From the NCBI GenBank assembly GCA_964584495.1, contig CAZPAH010000001.1, positions 7,393 to 71,392 of the forward strand: a DNA stretch of 64,000 nt, given 5' to 3'. The notes under the pieces were generated by a model. That model worked only from the letters and a program-made list of their open reading frames with translations, made no database searches and was not told where the DNA came from. Positions 27,229-39,326 of the stretch are shown one piece after another. Numbering within the stretch: position 1 is the first letter of the stretch; each line of letters opens with the position of its first letter. Source of the DNA: an uncultured bacterium (GTDB taxonomy: Bacteria; Krumholzibacteriota; Krumholzibacteriia; Krumholzibacteriales; Krumholzibacteriaceae). The position numbers were made by a program, and so were the translations under genes.

Positions 27229-29067
27229 CTACCTGAGAAGGATCACTCTCTTGGTAAGGGACCTCTCGCCCGTCTGGAGCTTGCAGTAATATACTCCGGG
27301 GGCCACCTTCGCTCCGTTTTCATCGAGACCGTCCCAGCTCGTCGAATAATCGCCGGGGTGGAGGAATCCGTCGTCGAGGATCACCCTCACAAGCCTCCCC
27401 TTGACATCGTAGACCCGCACCGTGCTCGTCGCCTGTTTCCCGTTGTCCGCCCCGCCGGAAGAGAATCTCGAAGGCTCGTAGACCCGCAACGTGATATTGA
27501 GATTGTCGACGAACGGGTTGGGGTACAGCCTAAGGCTCTCCCTGGGCAGCCTGTCCGGAGAGAGCGTGTCGTCCCCTCCAAAAGCGGCAATATCCGCCTC
27601 ATCTATCCGTGCCGAAAAAATCGTTCCGTCGCTCAGCTGGCCTTCTATGCTGAAAGATCTCTCACTGTCCAGGGCCGCCTGATCTATCGGGATCATTACC
27701 CTGCCGCCGGCCGTCTCGTTCGCCTCGGTCTGCTCCCCGTTCACCTTGACCCATTCGACCTCCTCGTCCGCCCCTCCCGGGATGCGGATCGAGATGGCCG
27801 GCCGGCGCCCCTCGGGGAGCCATACGGGTGCGAGGCGGGCTTCGGTCCGGACTCTTACGGCCTTTCTCGCCGGAACGACCCACCTGCACGTCTCTCCCGT
27901 CTCCTCGACAATTCCATTGAAGGTTTCCCGCGCCATCCGGATGTTCTTCGCCAGTCTTCCCGGGCTCCTTCCGAAGACGATCGCCCAGTCGATACGCACC
28001 CTTCCGCCGGGATGAAGCCTGGGCAGCCTTTCCACGTGCTGTACGACTGTAAAATCTCCGGAAACCGACCGAGAGCAATCGAGTCCTCCGCCGGACCCGC
28101 TATTTCCTCCATTGCCGGCATTTGCGCCCCCTTCGGCCCTTGCCGCCCCCGCGATTCCCCATCTTCCCCCGCTGTCGCCGTTATCGTTCCATATGGAATC
28201 GGCGGCTTCAGCCGATTCGTGAAGCCCGGCCTTATAGCCTAACGGAGAAAGATCGGGCGCCGTTACGCCGAGCATAACGACCGCCGCCAGATGGGAGTCG
28301 GCAGCGGCGTCCTGCGCTACGACGTATTCCTTCTCGCCGTCACGCAGGAAAAAGAAGCCGTCATCGTTTCCCCTCTGCAGATCCTCCCTGCGTCCAATCC
28401 GGAAATCGACGAACTGCGCGAGATCGAGATCGATGATATCCGGCGAATCGTCGCCTCCTGGTCGATACTCTATATCCGTGGTGAACCCGACGAAGTCCCT
28501 CACATGCCCGTATCCCCATGTGTAGCTCCGCTGGGTTATCGAGATTCCCGTCCCCGGGACAAACCCCCTCGTCACCATCATCTCGTCGCCTACGGCTGCA
28601 AAATCCTCATCTATGAGCCCATCGCCGTCGTTGTCGAGTCCATCCACCGCATCCTCGTCGACGGCTCCGTCGCCGTCGTCATCGGCCTCCGGGTTCGGAT
28701 ACCTCTTGCCCCCCTCGCACCCCTCGCAAAAGAGCCCCACACCGCCCACCGGCTCCACCTCCCACGGGAAAATCTTTATGACACCCGGCACGCCTTCCAG
28801 CATGAACCTCAAGCCGAACCCGCCGCTTCCCAGGAACTCGACCCCGTCCTTCCCCGGCCAGCTGAGTCCGTTCCCGCCGTCGCTCCGGGCCTCCCCCAGG
28901 GAACAGTTCCCGGAAACGGTGAGCGAGACCCTTCCCCTTCCGTGCACCTGCGCCTCCGGCCCGGCTTCGCCTGCAGCGTCGGAACCCAGACCTCCCCCGA
29001 CCGCCACGGCGGCCGATACCGCCACCGCCATAGGAAGCAGATAATTCATTATTCCTTTAGCGCTCAC
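27229..29067 (-). CDS. secreted calcium-binding repeat protein with C-terminal T9SS-type (FlgD-Ig-like) sorting domain
   Basis: Signal peptide; thrombospondin-type-3-like Asp-rich repeats (DDDGDGAVDEDAVDGLDNDGDGLIDED); C-terminal ~80 aa ...LYPNPF...VYDVKGRLVRVL...WDG.DENGAKVAPGVYYCKL...KRVILLR. Confidence 0.6.
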   Translation of the reverse strand: MSAKGIMNYLLPMAVAVSAAVAVGGGLGSDAAGEAGPEAQVHGRGRVSLTVSGNCSLGEARSDGGNGLSWPGKDGVEFLGSGGFGLRFMLEGVPGVIKIFPWEVEPVGGVGLFCEGCEGGKRYPNPEADDDGDGAVDEDAVDGLDNDGDGLIDEDFAAVGDEMMVTRGFVPGTGISITQRSYTWGYGHVRDFVGFTTDIEYRPGGDDSPDIIDLDLAQFVDFRIGRREDLQRGNDDGFFFLRDGEKEYVVAQDAAADSHLAAVVMLGVTAPDLSPLGYKAGLHESAEAADSIWNDNGDSGGRWGIAGAARAEGGANAGNGGNSGSGGGLDCSRSVSGDFTVVQHVERLPRLHPGGRVRIDWAIVFGRSPGRLAKNIRMARETFNGIVEETGETCRWVVPARKAVRVRTEARLAPVWLPEGRRPAISIRIPGGADEEVEWVKVNGEQTEANETAGGRVMIPIDQAALDSERSFSIEGQLSDGTIFSARIDEADIAAFGGDDTLSPDRLPRESLRLYPNPFVDNLNITLRVYEPSRFSSGGADNGKQATSTVRVYDVKGRLVRVILDDGFLHPGDYSTSWDGLDENGAKVAPGVYYCKLQTGERSLTKRVILLR

Positions 29068-31589
29068 TTCTCTTCTCCGACGCCCTCGTCACCCTCGACC
29101 CCGTCCCCTTCGGCCTGGTCCTCGGCGATCCCGCCGTCTTCGCCTTCATCTTCATCCCCGTCATCTCTCTCCCCCGCTATGAGCGTGACGTCCACGACAC
29201 AATCCCCTTCGTTGAGATTGATCACCCGCACACCTTTTGCCGGCCTCCTAATTAGCGATATCCCTTGAACGGGGCAACGTATTATCATTCCGTTCTTGGT
29301 GATAACCATAACCTCGTCGGATTCGACGACCTCCTTGACGGTTACCAGATCGCCGTTCCTCCCGCCAGTCGGGATGCAGACCACACCCTTGCCCCCCCGC
29401 TTTATATTCCTGAACTCCGATATCCTCGTTCTCTTCCCATATCCCTTCTCGGTCACCGAGAGGAGCTGCGATTCCCTCTTCACGATCACCATCTCGACGA
29501 CCTCGTCGTCCGAATCCAGCGTAACACCCTTCACGCCCTGGGTCGCCCGGCTCATCTCCCTCACGTCCTTCTCCCTGAACCTGATCGCCTTGCCCTTGCG
29601 CTTCGCCAGGATTACGTCGTCACCGCCGGAGGTTAGCTTGGCTCTTACCAGGCTGTCCCCTTCCCTGAGAAGGATCGCTATTATCCCTCCCCTGCGGGGG
29701 TTCGAGTATGCGGAAAGATGCGTCTTCTTGACGAATCCGTCCTTCGTGGCCATCATCAGGAAAGCGTCCTTTTCGAAGTTGCTCACCGGTATGAAGGCCG
29801 TGATATTCTCCTCTCTCGACATCTCGAGGAGATTCACTATCGCTTTCCCTCTCGCCAGCCTGCCGCCCTGCGGAATTTCATGAACCTTCAGCCAGTAGCA
29901 TTTACCCGCGTCGGTGAAGAAAAGAATATAGCTGTGGGTGGAGGCTATGAATATCTGCTCCACGAAGTCCTCTTCCTTCAGCCCCTGGCCCGTAATCCCC
30001 TTTCCTCCCCTTCGCTGGCGCTTGTATGTCCCGATAGGTATTCTCTTGATATAGCCGGTATGAGTGATCGTTATGATCATGTCTTCTTCGGCTATCAGGT
30101 CCTCCAGGTCGAATTCGCCCTCGTCGTCGACTATCTCGGTCCTTCGCTCGTCGGAGAACCGTCCTTTGATGTCGTCGAGCTCCTCTTCGATGATTCCCAG
30201 AAGCCTGCTCCGGTTCTCCAGCACCGATTTGAAATATTCGATCTTCTGAATGAGGGCGAGGTACTCGTCCTCTATCTTCTTCCTCTCGAGGCCGGTGAGC
30301 CGCTGAAGCTTCAGGTCCAGTATCGCCTGAGCCTGGATCTCCGTCAGCTTGAAGCTCTTCATCAGGCCGTTACGGGCTTCGGCCGGTGAGGCGCTCTTCT
30401 TGATCAAGGCAACTATAGCGTCGATATTATCGAGAGCCACCTTGTACCCCTCCAGCACGTGAGCCCTCTCCTCCGCCTTCCTCAGGTCGTACTTTGTCCT
30501 CCTCGTGACCACATCCACCCTGTGCTCGAGGAAAAGCGACATCATCTTCTTGAGGTTCATCACCTCGGGTTTGAGCATGTTCAGCGAGAGAAGGATCACG
30601 CCGTACGTGATCTGAAGCTGCGTGTGCTTGAAAAGCTGGTTGAGAACCACCTTGGGGTATGAATCTTTCTTGAGATCTATGACTATCCTGAGCCCGTCCT
30701 TGTCCGACTCGTCCCTTATATCCGATATCCCGGCGAGATTGCCCGCCCTGACCAGATCCGCGATCTTCTCGATAATAGAGGCCTTGTTGGTCTGGAATGG
30801 AATCTCGGTGACGACCACGCTCGTCTTCCCGCTCTTCTGCGTTTCGATGTTCGCCTTCGCCCTGAGCGTAATCTTTCCCTTCCCGGTCTTGTACGCCTCC
30901 TTGATTCCCGCCCTACCGTAGATGATCCCCCCGGTGGGAAAATCGGGCCCCCTCACGTGGCGGGAGAGCTCTTCGACGGTGGTGTCGGGATTCTTTAACA
31001 GCGCCTTAAGCCCCCCAACTATCTCCCCGAGGTTATGGGGAGGGATGTTCGTCGCCATGCCCACGGCGATCCCGGAGGCTCCGTTTATCAGGAGGTTCGG
31101 AACCTTGGCGGGAAGAACAAGGGCCATCTCCCGGGTCTCGTCGTAGTTCATGCCCAGCTCGACCGTTTCCTTTTCGATGTCGTTGAGAAGCTCTTCGGAG
31201 ATCTCGTGCATCCTTACTTCGGTGTATCTTTCAGCCGCGGCGGGATCGCCGTCTATCGAACCGAAGTTTCCCTGCCCGTCGACGAGCGGGTATCTCATGG
31301 AAAAATCCTGCGCGAGTCTCACCACGGCGTCATAGACGGACGCGGTCCCGTGCGGATGGTAGTTGCCGGTAACGTCACCGACCAGCTTCGCAGATTTTCT
31401 GTATGGTTTGCCGTGCGTGATATTCAGATCGTTCATCGCGAGAAGGATCCGCCGGTGAACCGGCTTGAGTCCGTCGCGTACGTCGGGCAGGGCGCGGGAG
31501 ACGATTACGCTCATCGAGTAATCGAGGTAGCTGTTCTTCATCTCGTCTTCGATGTAGACCGGTATGATGCGTTGCCTGTTTATCTGCAT
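29064..31589 (-). CDS. gyrA: DNA gyrase subunit A
   Basis: Full-length GyrA similarity including active-site region and C-terminal beta-pinwheel; acidic tail. Confidence 0.95.
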   Translation of the reverse strand: MQINRQRIIPVYIEDEMKNSYLDYSMSVIVSRALPDVRDGLKPVHRRILLAMNDLNITHGKPYRKSAKLVGDVTGNYHPHGTASVYDAVVRLAQDFSMRYPLVDGQGNFGSIDGDPAAAERYTEVRMHEISEELLNDIEKETVELGMNYDETREMALVLPAKVPNLLINGASGIAVGMATNIPPHNLGEIVGGLKALLKNPDTTVEELSRHVRGPDFPTGGIIYGRAGIKEAYKTGKGKITLRAKANIETQKSGKTSVVVTEIPFQTNKASIIEKIADLVRAGNLAGISDIRDESDKDGLRIVIDLKKDSYPKVVLNQLFKHTQLQITYGVILLSLNMLKPEVMNLKKMMSLFLEHRVDVVTRRTKYDLRKAEERAHVLEGYKVALDNIDAIVALIKKSASPAEARNGLMKSFKLTEIQAQAILDLKLQRLTGLERKKIEDEYLALIQKIEYFKSVLENRSRLLGIIEEELDDIKGRFSDERRTEIVDDEGEFDLEDLIAEEDMIITITHTGYIKRIPIGTYKRQRRGGKGITGQGLKEEDFVEQIFIASTHSYILFFTDAGKCYWLKVHEIPQGGRLARGKAIVNLLEMSREENITAFIPVSNFEKDAFLMMATKDGFVKKTHLSAYSNPRRGGIIAILLREGDSLVRAKLTSGGDDVILAKRKGKAIRFREKDVREMSRATQGVKGVTLDSDDEVVEMVIVKRESQLLSVTEKGYGKRTRISEFRNIKRGGKGVVCIPTGGRNGDLVTVKEVVESDEVMVITKNGMIIRCPVQGISLIRRPAKGVRVINLNEGDCVVDVTLIAGERDDGDEDEGEDGGIAEDQAEGDGVEGDEGVGEEK

Positions 31590-31667
31590 CTGGCTGTTCC
31601 TCCCGTAGCTGGAATGCTTCGCCGGCGGCGCGCGCCCCGGCAGATATAAGGGTTGATGAGATCTCTA

Positions 31668-33895
<2,228 letters not shown>

Positions 33896-33972
33896 AAAGG
33901 GACCTCCGTCTGTATCGCCCGGTATCCGGATAGTAGCCTCAAACCGGATAAAAATAAATAAAAAAATCTGTA

Positions 33973-35100
33973 TTACAAGCCCTGTTTTCGGTCCGCGCTC
34001 ACCGCCGCCACGGCTCCCTCGGCGACCTCGAACGCCGCGTATTTTTCGATCTTTCCCGGAAAATCCTCTTTCCTCGGAGATGTGATGAAGCTTTGGTACC
34101 TGTCGGAGAGAAGCCCTCCCACGCGTGCAGCGGTGGCCGCATCCAGCTCGGAAAATATATCGTCCAGAAGAACGACCGGCCTTTCCGTTCTCCTATCCAT
34201 GATCGTCGAGGCCTGCGCCAGCTTCAGCACTATCGCCACAAGCCTTTTCCGTCCCTGCGACCCGTATCTCTTGAGGTCGGTGCCGCCCAGGAATATCGCG
34301 AGATCGTCATAGTGAGGCCCCGCCAGGGTGTACCCCCTCCTTTTCTCGGCTTCCCCGGACCTCGCCAGGGCTTCCTCGAGCGCCCTGCGATCGTTGATCC
34401 CTTCGGGGTTGTAGGAGGACCTGTATTCCATCTCCAGCCTCTCCCCCCCGCCGCGTATCTCCGAGTAGATCGCCCCCGCGCCTGCTCCTATCAGCCCCAG
34501 GATCTCCCTTCTCCCCCTGGCTACCGCCGTTCCTTTATCCACCATCATCGCGTTCCACGCCTCCAGCTCCCCCCCGTCCCTTCCCCCGCACGAGATTCTC
34601 TTCAACAGCCTGTTCCTGTGCCTCACTATCCTCCTATACTCCTTGAGATCCTCGAGAAAGGCGGGCGATATCTGCGCAGCCGTGTAATCCAGGTACACCC
34701 TCCTGCCCGCCGGCGGCCCAGCCGAAAGCCCTACATCGGCGGGCGTGAAAAGCACGGTGGGCATTATCCCTATGACCTCCGAAAGGGTGGAAAGGGTTTT
34801 TCCGTTAACCGAGGCCTTTGCGCGCCCCCCCCTCTCGTATCCTATCTCCAGGCGGAAATCTATCCCGGAGTCGCTTCTTCCCTTCAGCCTTATGAAGAAA
34901 TAGTCCTCGTCGAAGGAAACCAGCTCGTCCGTTCTTCTTGTTCTGAAAGATCTTCCTATGGAGAAAAAATGGATGGCCTCTAAGAGGTTGGTTTTCCCCT
35001 GGGCGTTCTCTCCGGTCACAAAATTGAAAGTGTCCGAAAATTCCAGGGATATCTTTTCAAGGTTCCTGAAATTTCCTGCATCCAACCCGCCGATGATCAC
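33973..35100 (-). CDS. recF: DNA replication and repair protein RecF
   Basis: Walker A GENAQGKTNLLEAI, signature and Walker B (VLLDDIFSELD). Confidence 0.9.
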   Translation of the reverse strand: MIIGGLDAGNFRNLEKISLEFSDTFNFVTGENAQGKTNLLEAIHFFSIGRSFRTRRTDELVSFDEDYFFIRLKGRSDSGIDFRLEIGYERGGRAKASVNGKTLSTLSEVIGIMPTVLFTPADVGLSAGPPAGRRVYLDYTAAQISPAFLEDLKEYRRIVRHRNRLLKRISCGGRDGGELEAWNAMMVDKGTAVARGRREILGLIGAGAGAIYSEIRGGGERLEMEYRSSYNPEGINDRRALEEALARSGEAEKRRGYTLAGPHYDDLAIFLGGTDLKRYGSQGRKRLVAIVLKLAQASTIMDRRTERPVVLLDDIFSELDAATAARVGGLLSDRYQSFITSPRKEDFPGKIEKYAAFEVAEGAVAAVSADRKQGL

Positions 35101-35132
35101 CCACGCTCACCACCCTCCCATGATTCTCTTCT

Positions 35133-36239
35133 TCAATTTATCCTCAACGGCATCACGATACAGATATGCTTCAGGTCCCCCCCTTTGTCCACCGGCTGAA
35201 CGATCCCGGCGTTGTCGGGTTTGTCGAGACGGATCTCGATCTCGTCGCCCTCCATCGTCCTCAGTATATCCTGGATATAAGAGGCATTATAACCTATATC
35301 CATCGGATCGGCCGAATACGAGGCCTCCAATTCTTCCCTGGCTTCACCGAGGTCCTGGGTGGTCACGTGGAGGGTGACCTTGTTCTTGTCCAGCGTGAAT
35401 ATAACCTGGTGCGTCAGTGCATCCGATAGTATGGAAACCCTCTTTGTAGCCGAGGAAAGGGCTTCCTTCGAGATCACCAGCTCCTTCTCGTTTCCCGCCG
35501 GTATAACCTTCTGGTAATTCGGGAACGGCCCCTCGAGAAGCCTGGAGTAGATCGAGACGTCCTTCATCGTGAATGATATGCTGTTCTCCCCGAGGCTCAC
35601 CTTTATCAATTCATCCTTCTCCGAGTACGACCTGAAGGTCGAGAGGGCCTTAGGAGGCACTATCACGCTTGTTTTCTGCACCCCCTTCATCTCTTTTCTC
35701 AAATCCACCTTTGCGAGCCTGTGCCCGTCCGTCGATACCATAACGAGCCCGCTCTTGTCCACATCCCACAGCACCCCACACAGGGCAGGCCTTGTAAGGT
35801 CGGTAGAAACCGCATAGACCGTCTTCTGAATAAGCTTTCCAAGTAGACCGGAATCTATCTCGAACTCCGTCTTGCTCTCCTGTTGAGGAAGCCTTGGGAA
35901 ATCATCGGGGTTCCTCCCGTTGACAACGAACCTGCTTTTCCCGCATACCAGTGATAGTTTTTCTCCATCAACCTCCATCACCACTTCCTCGCCCGAAAGC
36001 GACTTCACTATCTCCGCTATCTTCTTCGCCGGCGCCGCCACCTTCCCCTCTGCTTCGACCTTTCCGGCGATCTTCGAAGTAACCGATATGTCAAGATCCG
36101 TCGCGGAGAAACTTATCCCGGAGGAATCGGCGCCAACGAGAACCATCGAAAGTATCGGCATCGTCGTTTTTCCCGGAACAACCGACGATATCGCGTTCAT
36201 CTTCTTGTTGAGTTCTCCCAACGGCACGAGAACTTTCAC
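35133..36239 (-). CDS. dnaN: DNA polymerase III beta subunit (sliding clamp)
   Basis: Three-domain beta-clamp similarity, ends ...MPLRIN. Confidence 0.9.
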   Translation of the reverse strand: MKVLVPLGELNKKMNAISSVVPGKTTMPILSMVLVGADSSGISFSATDLDISVTSKIAGKVEAEGKVAAPAKKIAEIVKSLSGEEVVMEVDGEKLSLVCGKSRFVVNGRNPDDFPRLPQQESKTEFEIDSGLLGKLIQKTVYAVSTDLTRPALCGVLWDVDKSGLVMVSTDGHRLAKVDLRKEMKGVQKTSVIVPPKALSTFRSYSEKDELIKVSLGENSISFTMKDVSIYSRLLEGPFPNYQKVIPAGNEKELVISKEALSSATKRVSILSDALTHQVIFTLDKNKVTLHVTTQDLGEAREELEASYSADPMDIGYNASYIQDILRTMEGDEIEIRLDKPDNAGIVQPVDKGGDLKHICIVMPLRIN

Positions 36240-36608
36240 ACCGTTACCTCCTGATCATGATCTTTAATTAAAACCCTCACAAAAGCGCCCGGAATAATCA
36301 CGGAAAACGAATCATAGACAAAGAAGAAGGAATGTTCAAGCAAAAAGACCGGGCACCTCGAGCGGAGAAAAAGAAAGCCGGGAAAGGGGAATGAGGGAAC
36401 AGGGGAATACTACAGTTAATAATAAAAGTAATAGTAGTGGAAGTAGGGGGTGTTGAAATGTTGAAAGGTGTCGGGGGACCGGGCTGCGAAGCGCTGAAAC
36501 CGGAAATGGGGAATGTTGATTGGTATGTTGAGAGCCGCTTTTTTATCAACAGGATGGCGGGGGGAGGAAGGATATGAACATGATTCCAACAGGGAGTCAA
36601 CAGTGAGG

Positions 36609-36617
36609 TGTGGATAA
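36609..36617. promoter_or_regulatory. perfect consensus DnaA box (TGTGGATAA) in dnaA-dnaN intergenic region
   Basis: Exact 9-mer; adjacent AT-rich stretch 36411-36440 and near-box TTATCAACA at 36543-36551. Confidence 0.7.
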
Positions 36618-36638
36618 ATTGGGGAAGGCGAGAAGCCG

Positions 36639-38033
36639 TCACCTGCCGCCGAGCTCCTCGCGTATGGTCTGTATCTTTCTTCTGAGGGCGGGGTCTTCCT
36701 GGGATAGCTTGTCGATCTTCTTGATTCCGTGAAGGACCGTGCTGTGGTCTCTTCCGCCGAAACTTTTTCCAATTTGGACGAGAGAGTGGGAAGTGAGCTC
36801 CCGCGAAAGGAAGATCGCGACCTGGCGGGCGAGCACGACCCGGCTGATTCTAGTTTTGGCTTTGAGGCTGTCGGCCGGGATGTCGAAATATTGCGAAACC
36901 GCTTTCTGAATGTTCGGAATCGTGATCTTCTTTCTCGACGAATCTTTCATTAGGTCCCTGAGGACATCCATAGCCATATCGACCGATATCTCCCTGCAGT
37001 TTATGCTCGAGAATGCGAGGAGTCTTATTAGGGATCCCTCAAGCTCGCGGATATTGTTCTTCACGTTTTCCGCTACAAGCTGGATGACGTCATCGGGGAT
37101 GAGCTTGCGCTCGTTCTCGACCTTTTTTCTGAGTATCGCTATCCTGGTCTCCAAGTCGGGGGGCTGGATATCGGTAGTCAGGCCCCATTCGAATCTCGAG
37201 GTCAGCCTTTCCTGAAGGGCCGGGATATCTTTCGGCGGGCGGTCGCTGGTGCATACTATCTGCTTGTTGGCATCGTAAAGGGAATTGAAAGTGAAGAAAA
37301 ACTCTTCCTGGGTGCTTTCCTTTCCGGCGAGAAACTGGATATCGTCGATGAGAAGCATGTCGACGTCGCGATACCTCTTCTTGAATTCGTGCGTCGTTCC
37401 CTTTCTGATGGCGTGTATCAGCTCGTTGACAAAAGATTCAGTCGAAACATAGGAGATCCTCATCCCGGGATGCTCGTTGATTATGAAATGACCGACGGCT
37501 TGAAGCAGGTGAGTCTTGCCGAGGCCGGCGCCGCCGTATATGAAAAGGGGGTTGTAGATCCTTGCCGGTTTTTCGGCAACGGCCAGGGCGGCGGCGTGGG
37601 TAAGGCGGTTTCCGCTGCCGACGACGAATTCGCCGAATGTGTACCTTCCGTTCAGGTTTGCATTGCCGGGCGGAGCGATCGGTTTATTCTCGACTGTGGT
37701 GGGGGAGGAGGCGATCGTTTCGGTCCGAGTCACCCTGCCGGCCGCCGGCGAGGATGTGAACTCGACACTGACATCAGCCCCGATCGTGTCGCTGGCCGCC
37801 GACCGGATCTTGTCGATATGGTGCTCGGCGAGCCAATCGATAAAAAACGGGTTGGGTCCCTCTACAAGAAGGACGTCGTCCTCGAAGCTCAGCAACCTGG
37901 TCGGCTTGAACCAGGTCTGAAAAGACTGGGCGTTGACCGAATCGCCTATCTTCTCGAGGATCTTCTCCCAGGTCTGCCTCAAAAGGTCGGCATTCATCGA
38001 ATCTTCTCTTTTTCGGTTTTCTCCTGTATTCAT
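36639..38033 (-). CDS. dnaA: chromosomal replication initiator protein DnaA
   Basis: AAA+ Walker A GGAGLGKTHLL, sensor motifs, C-terminal DNA-binding domain IV. Confidence 0.95.
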   Translation of the reverse strand: MNTGENRKREDSMNADLLRQTWEKILEKIGDSVNAQSFQTWFKPTRLLSFEDDVLLVEGPNPFFIDWLAEHHIDKIRSAASDTIGADVSVEFTSSPAAGRVTRTETIASSPTTVENKPIAPPGNANLNGRYTFGEFVVGSGNRLTHAAALAVAEKPARIYNPLFIYGGAGLGKTHLLQAVGHFIINEHPGMRISYVSTESFVNELIHAIRKGTTHEFKKRYRDVDMLLIDDIQFLAGKESTQEEFFFTFNSLYDANKQIVCTSDRPPKDIPALQERLTSRFEWGLTTDIQPPDLETRIAILRKKVENERKLIPDDVIQLVAENVKNNIRELEGSLIRLLAFSSINCREISVDMAMDVLRDLMKDSSRKKITIPNIQKAVSQYFDIPADSLKAKTRISRVVLARQVAIFLSRELTSHSLVQIGKSFGGRDHSTVLHGIKKIDKLSQEDPALRRKIQTIREELGGR

Positions 38034-38552
38034 CGGCGCTTTCGGGGGGCACTCGCCCCGGGAAGCAATAACTCTTTTAAACTAGCCACGAGTTTCCCAC
38101 AATTGTGGATAACTCGGTATATTTTTCAGGTGCAACCTGTTGGGCGGGCCGCTTAATATGTTGATAGAGGGTTTTCCACATTCTCCCGGCGAGCGTGGCG
38201 GTTCAGGTGTAGGGTCCCGGGTGTGCGGCTCGAAAAATGGGAGACTCCCCTCATCCCGCGGACGGTAATGTATCATACGAGGTTTGGAGTATCAAGCATT
38301 ATTTACAAGGCGGGGGAAAATTTTTATAACTTGTTGGGATAACGTAACATAAAATGATAGATGTCCGGAAATTCCCTTTGGAGGACAGAAGGGGGCGGAG
38401 GGGCGGTGGGATAAGAAAACGGAAAGAGGATTGGACAAACAAGTTATCGAGCGGCGGCATAAAAGACTTGACAAGGCAGAACGCTTTTTCTATCGTGAGT
38501 TGTTTATGAATCGTCGAATGAACGATTAGAGCGAAAAAAGAAGAGGGCCATA
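38034..38552. other. candidate oriC (dnaA-rpmH intergenic region with DnaA boxes and AT-rich unwinding candidate)
   Basis: Perfect DnaA box 38104-38112 paired head-to-head with degenerate box TTTCCCACA via palindrome CCACAATTGTGG; TTTTCCACA at 38163-38171; AT-rich 38282-38350; gene orientation flips here. Confidence 0.65.
38104..38112. promoter_or_regulatory. perfect consensus DnaA box (TGTGGATAA)
   Basis: Exact 9-mer inside palindromic context ...TTTCCCACAATTGTGGATAAC... Confidence 0.75.
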
Positions 38553-38687
38553 ATGAAACGCACATATCAACCGCATAACAAGAGAAGAAAAAAGACTCAC
38601 GGATTCAGGAAAAGAATGAGCACTAAAAACGGTCAGATGGTCCTCAAAAGGAGGAGGGCAAGAGGTAGAAAGCGACTGGCCGTCTGA
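38553..38687 (+). CDS. rpmH: 50S ribosomal protein L34
   Basis: Own translation: [44 protein letters not shown] (44 aa); below ORF-track length cutoff; putative promoter TTGACA-17nt-TATCGT at 38467-38495. Confidence 0.9.
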   Translation: MKRTYQPHNKRRKKTHGFRKRMSTKNGQMVLKRRRARGRKRLAV

Positions 38688-38712
38688 TAGTCTCGAAAGA
38701 AGAAAAAGCCGG

Positions 38713-39060
38713 ATGGCTCCCAAGGGGTTGAAGAAGAGCTCGCAGTTCGGGGAAGTTTACAGGGACGGCCGGAGGGAAGCCGGCAAGAATCTCGTCATTT
38801 GCTATCTTATTAAAGAAGGCGAGGGTACAAGGGCCGGATTCGTGGCCAGCAGAAAAAAAGTTGGAAAGGCATATCAGCGAAACAGGGCGAAAAGGCTATT
38901 AAGGGAAGTATTCAGAAAGATAAATGACGGCATCATAGAGAAAGATATCTGGATCGTATTTATTGCTTCATTTCGCCCGGCGGAGACATCATTTCAGGAA
39001 TTACTAGAAGAAGCGAAATCCTCTCTGGCAAGAGCGGGAATAATATCAAGCGACGGATGA
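38713..39060 (+). CDS. rnpA: ribonuclease P protein component
   Basis: 115 aa basic protein, RNR-like motif [13 protein letters not shown], conserved position after rpmH. Confidence 0.85.
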   Translation: MAPKGLKKSSQFGEVYRDGRREAGKNLVICYLIKEGEGTRAGFVASRKKVGKAYQRNRAKRLLREVFRKINDGIIEKDIWIVFIASFRPAETSFQELLEEAKSSLARAGIISSDG

Positions 39061-39281
39061 TATCCAGAATTCTGACTGGAGTCGGCCTTGCGGCCGTCAG
39101 AATATACAGAATAGCTATCTCCCCGTACCACGGACCCGTCTGCAGATTTTACCCCTCCTGCTCAGAGTACGCGGAAAAGGCCATATCGATCCACGGCTTG
39201 CCAAAGGGCGGGCTGATGGCGATAAGGCGCCTCCTGAAATGCCACCCATTCGCAAAGGGCGGATACGACCCCGTTCGCTGA
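39057..39281 (+). CDS. yidD: membrane protein insertion efficiency factor YidD
   Basis: Conserved [16 protein letters not shown] motif, 74 aa, overlaps rnpA stop. Confidence 0.85.
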   Translation: MISRILTGVGLAAVRIYRIAISPYHGPVCRFYPSCSEYAEKAISIHGLPKGGLMAIRRLLKCHPFAKGGYDPVR

Positions 39282-39326
39282 CATCGCTTTCCGAAAAAAT
39301 TAAACTAGACGGAAGGGATCCCGGGA

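Noticed and set aside
38329-38413. TTGGGATAA (38331-38339) and GTGGGATAA (38405-38413) as extra DnaA boxes
   Set aside because: Each differs from TGTGGATAA at two or more core positions. They are kept only as weak candidates within the oriC call.
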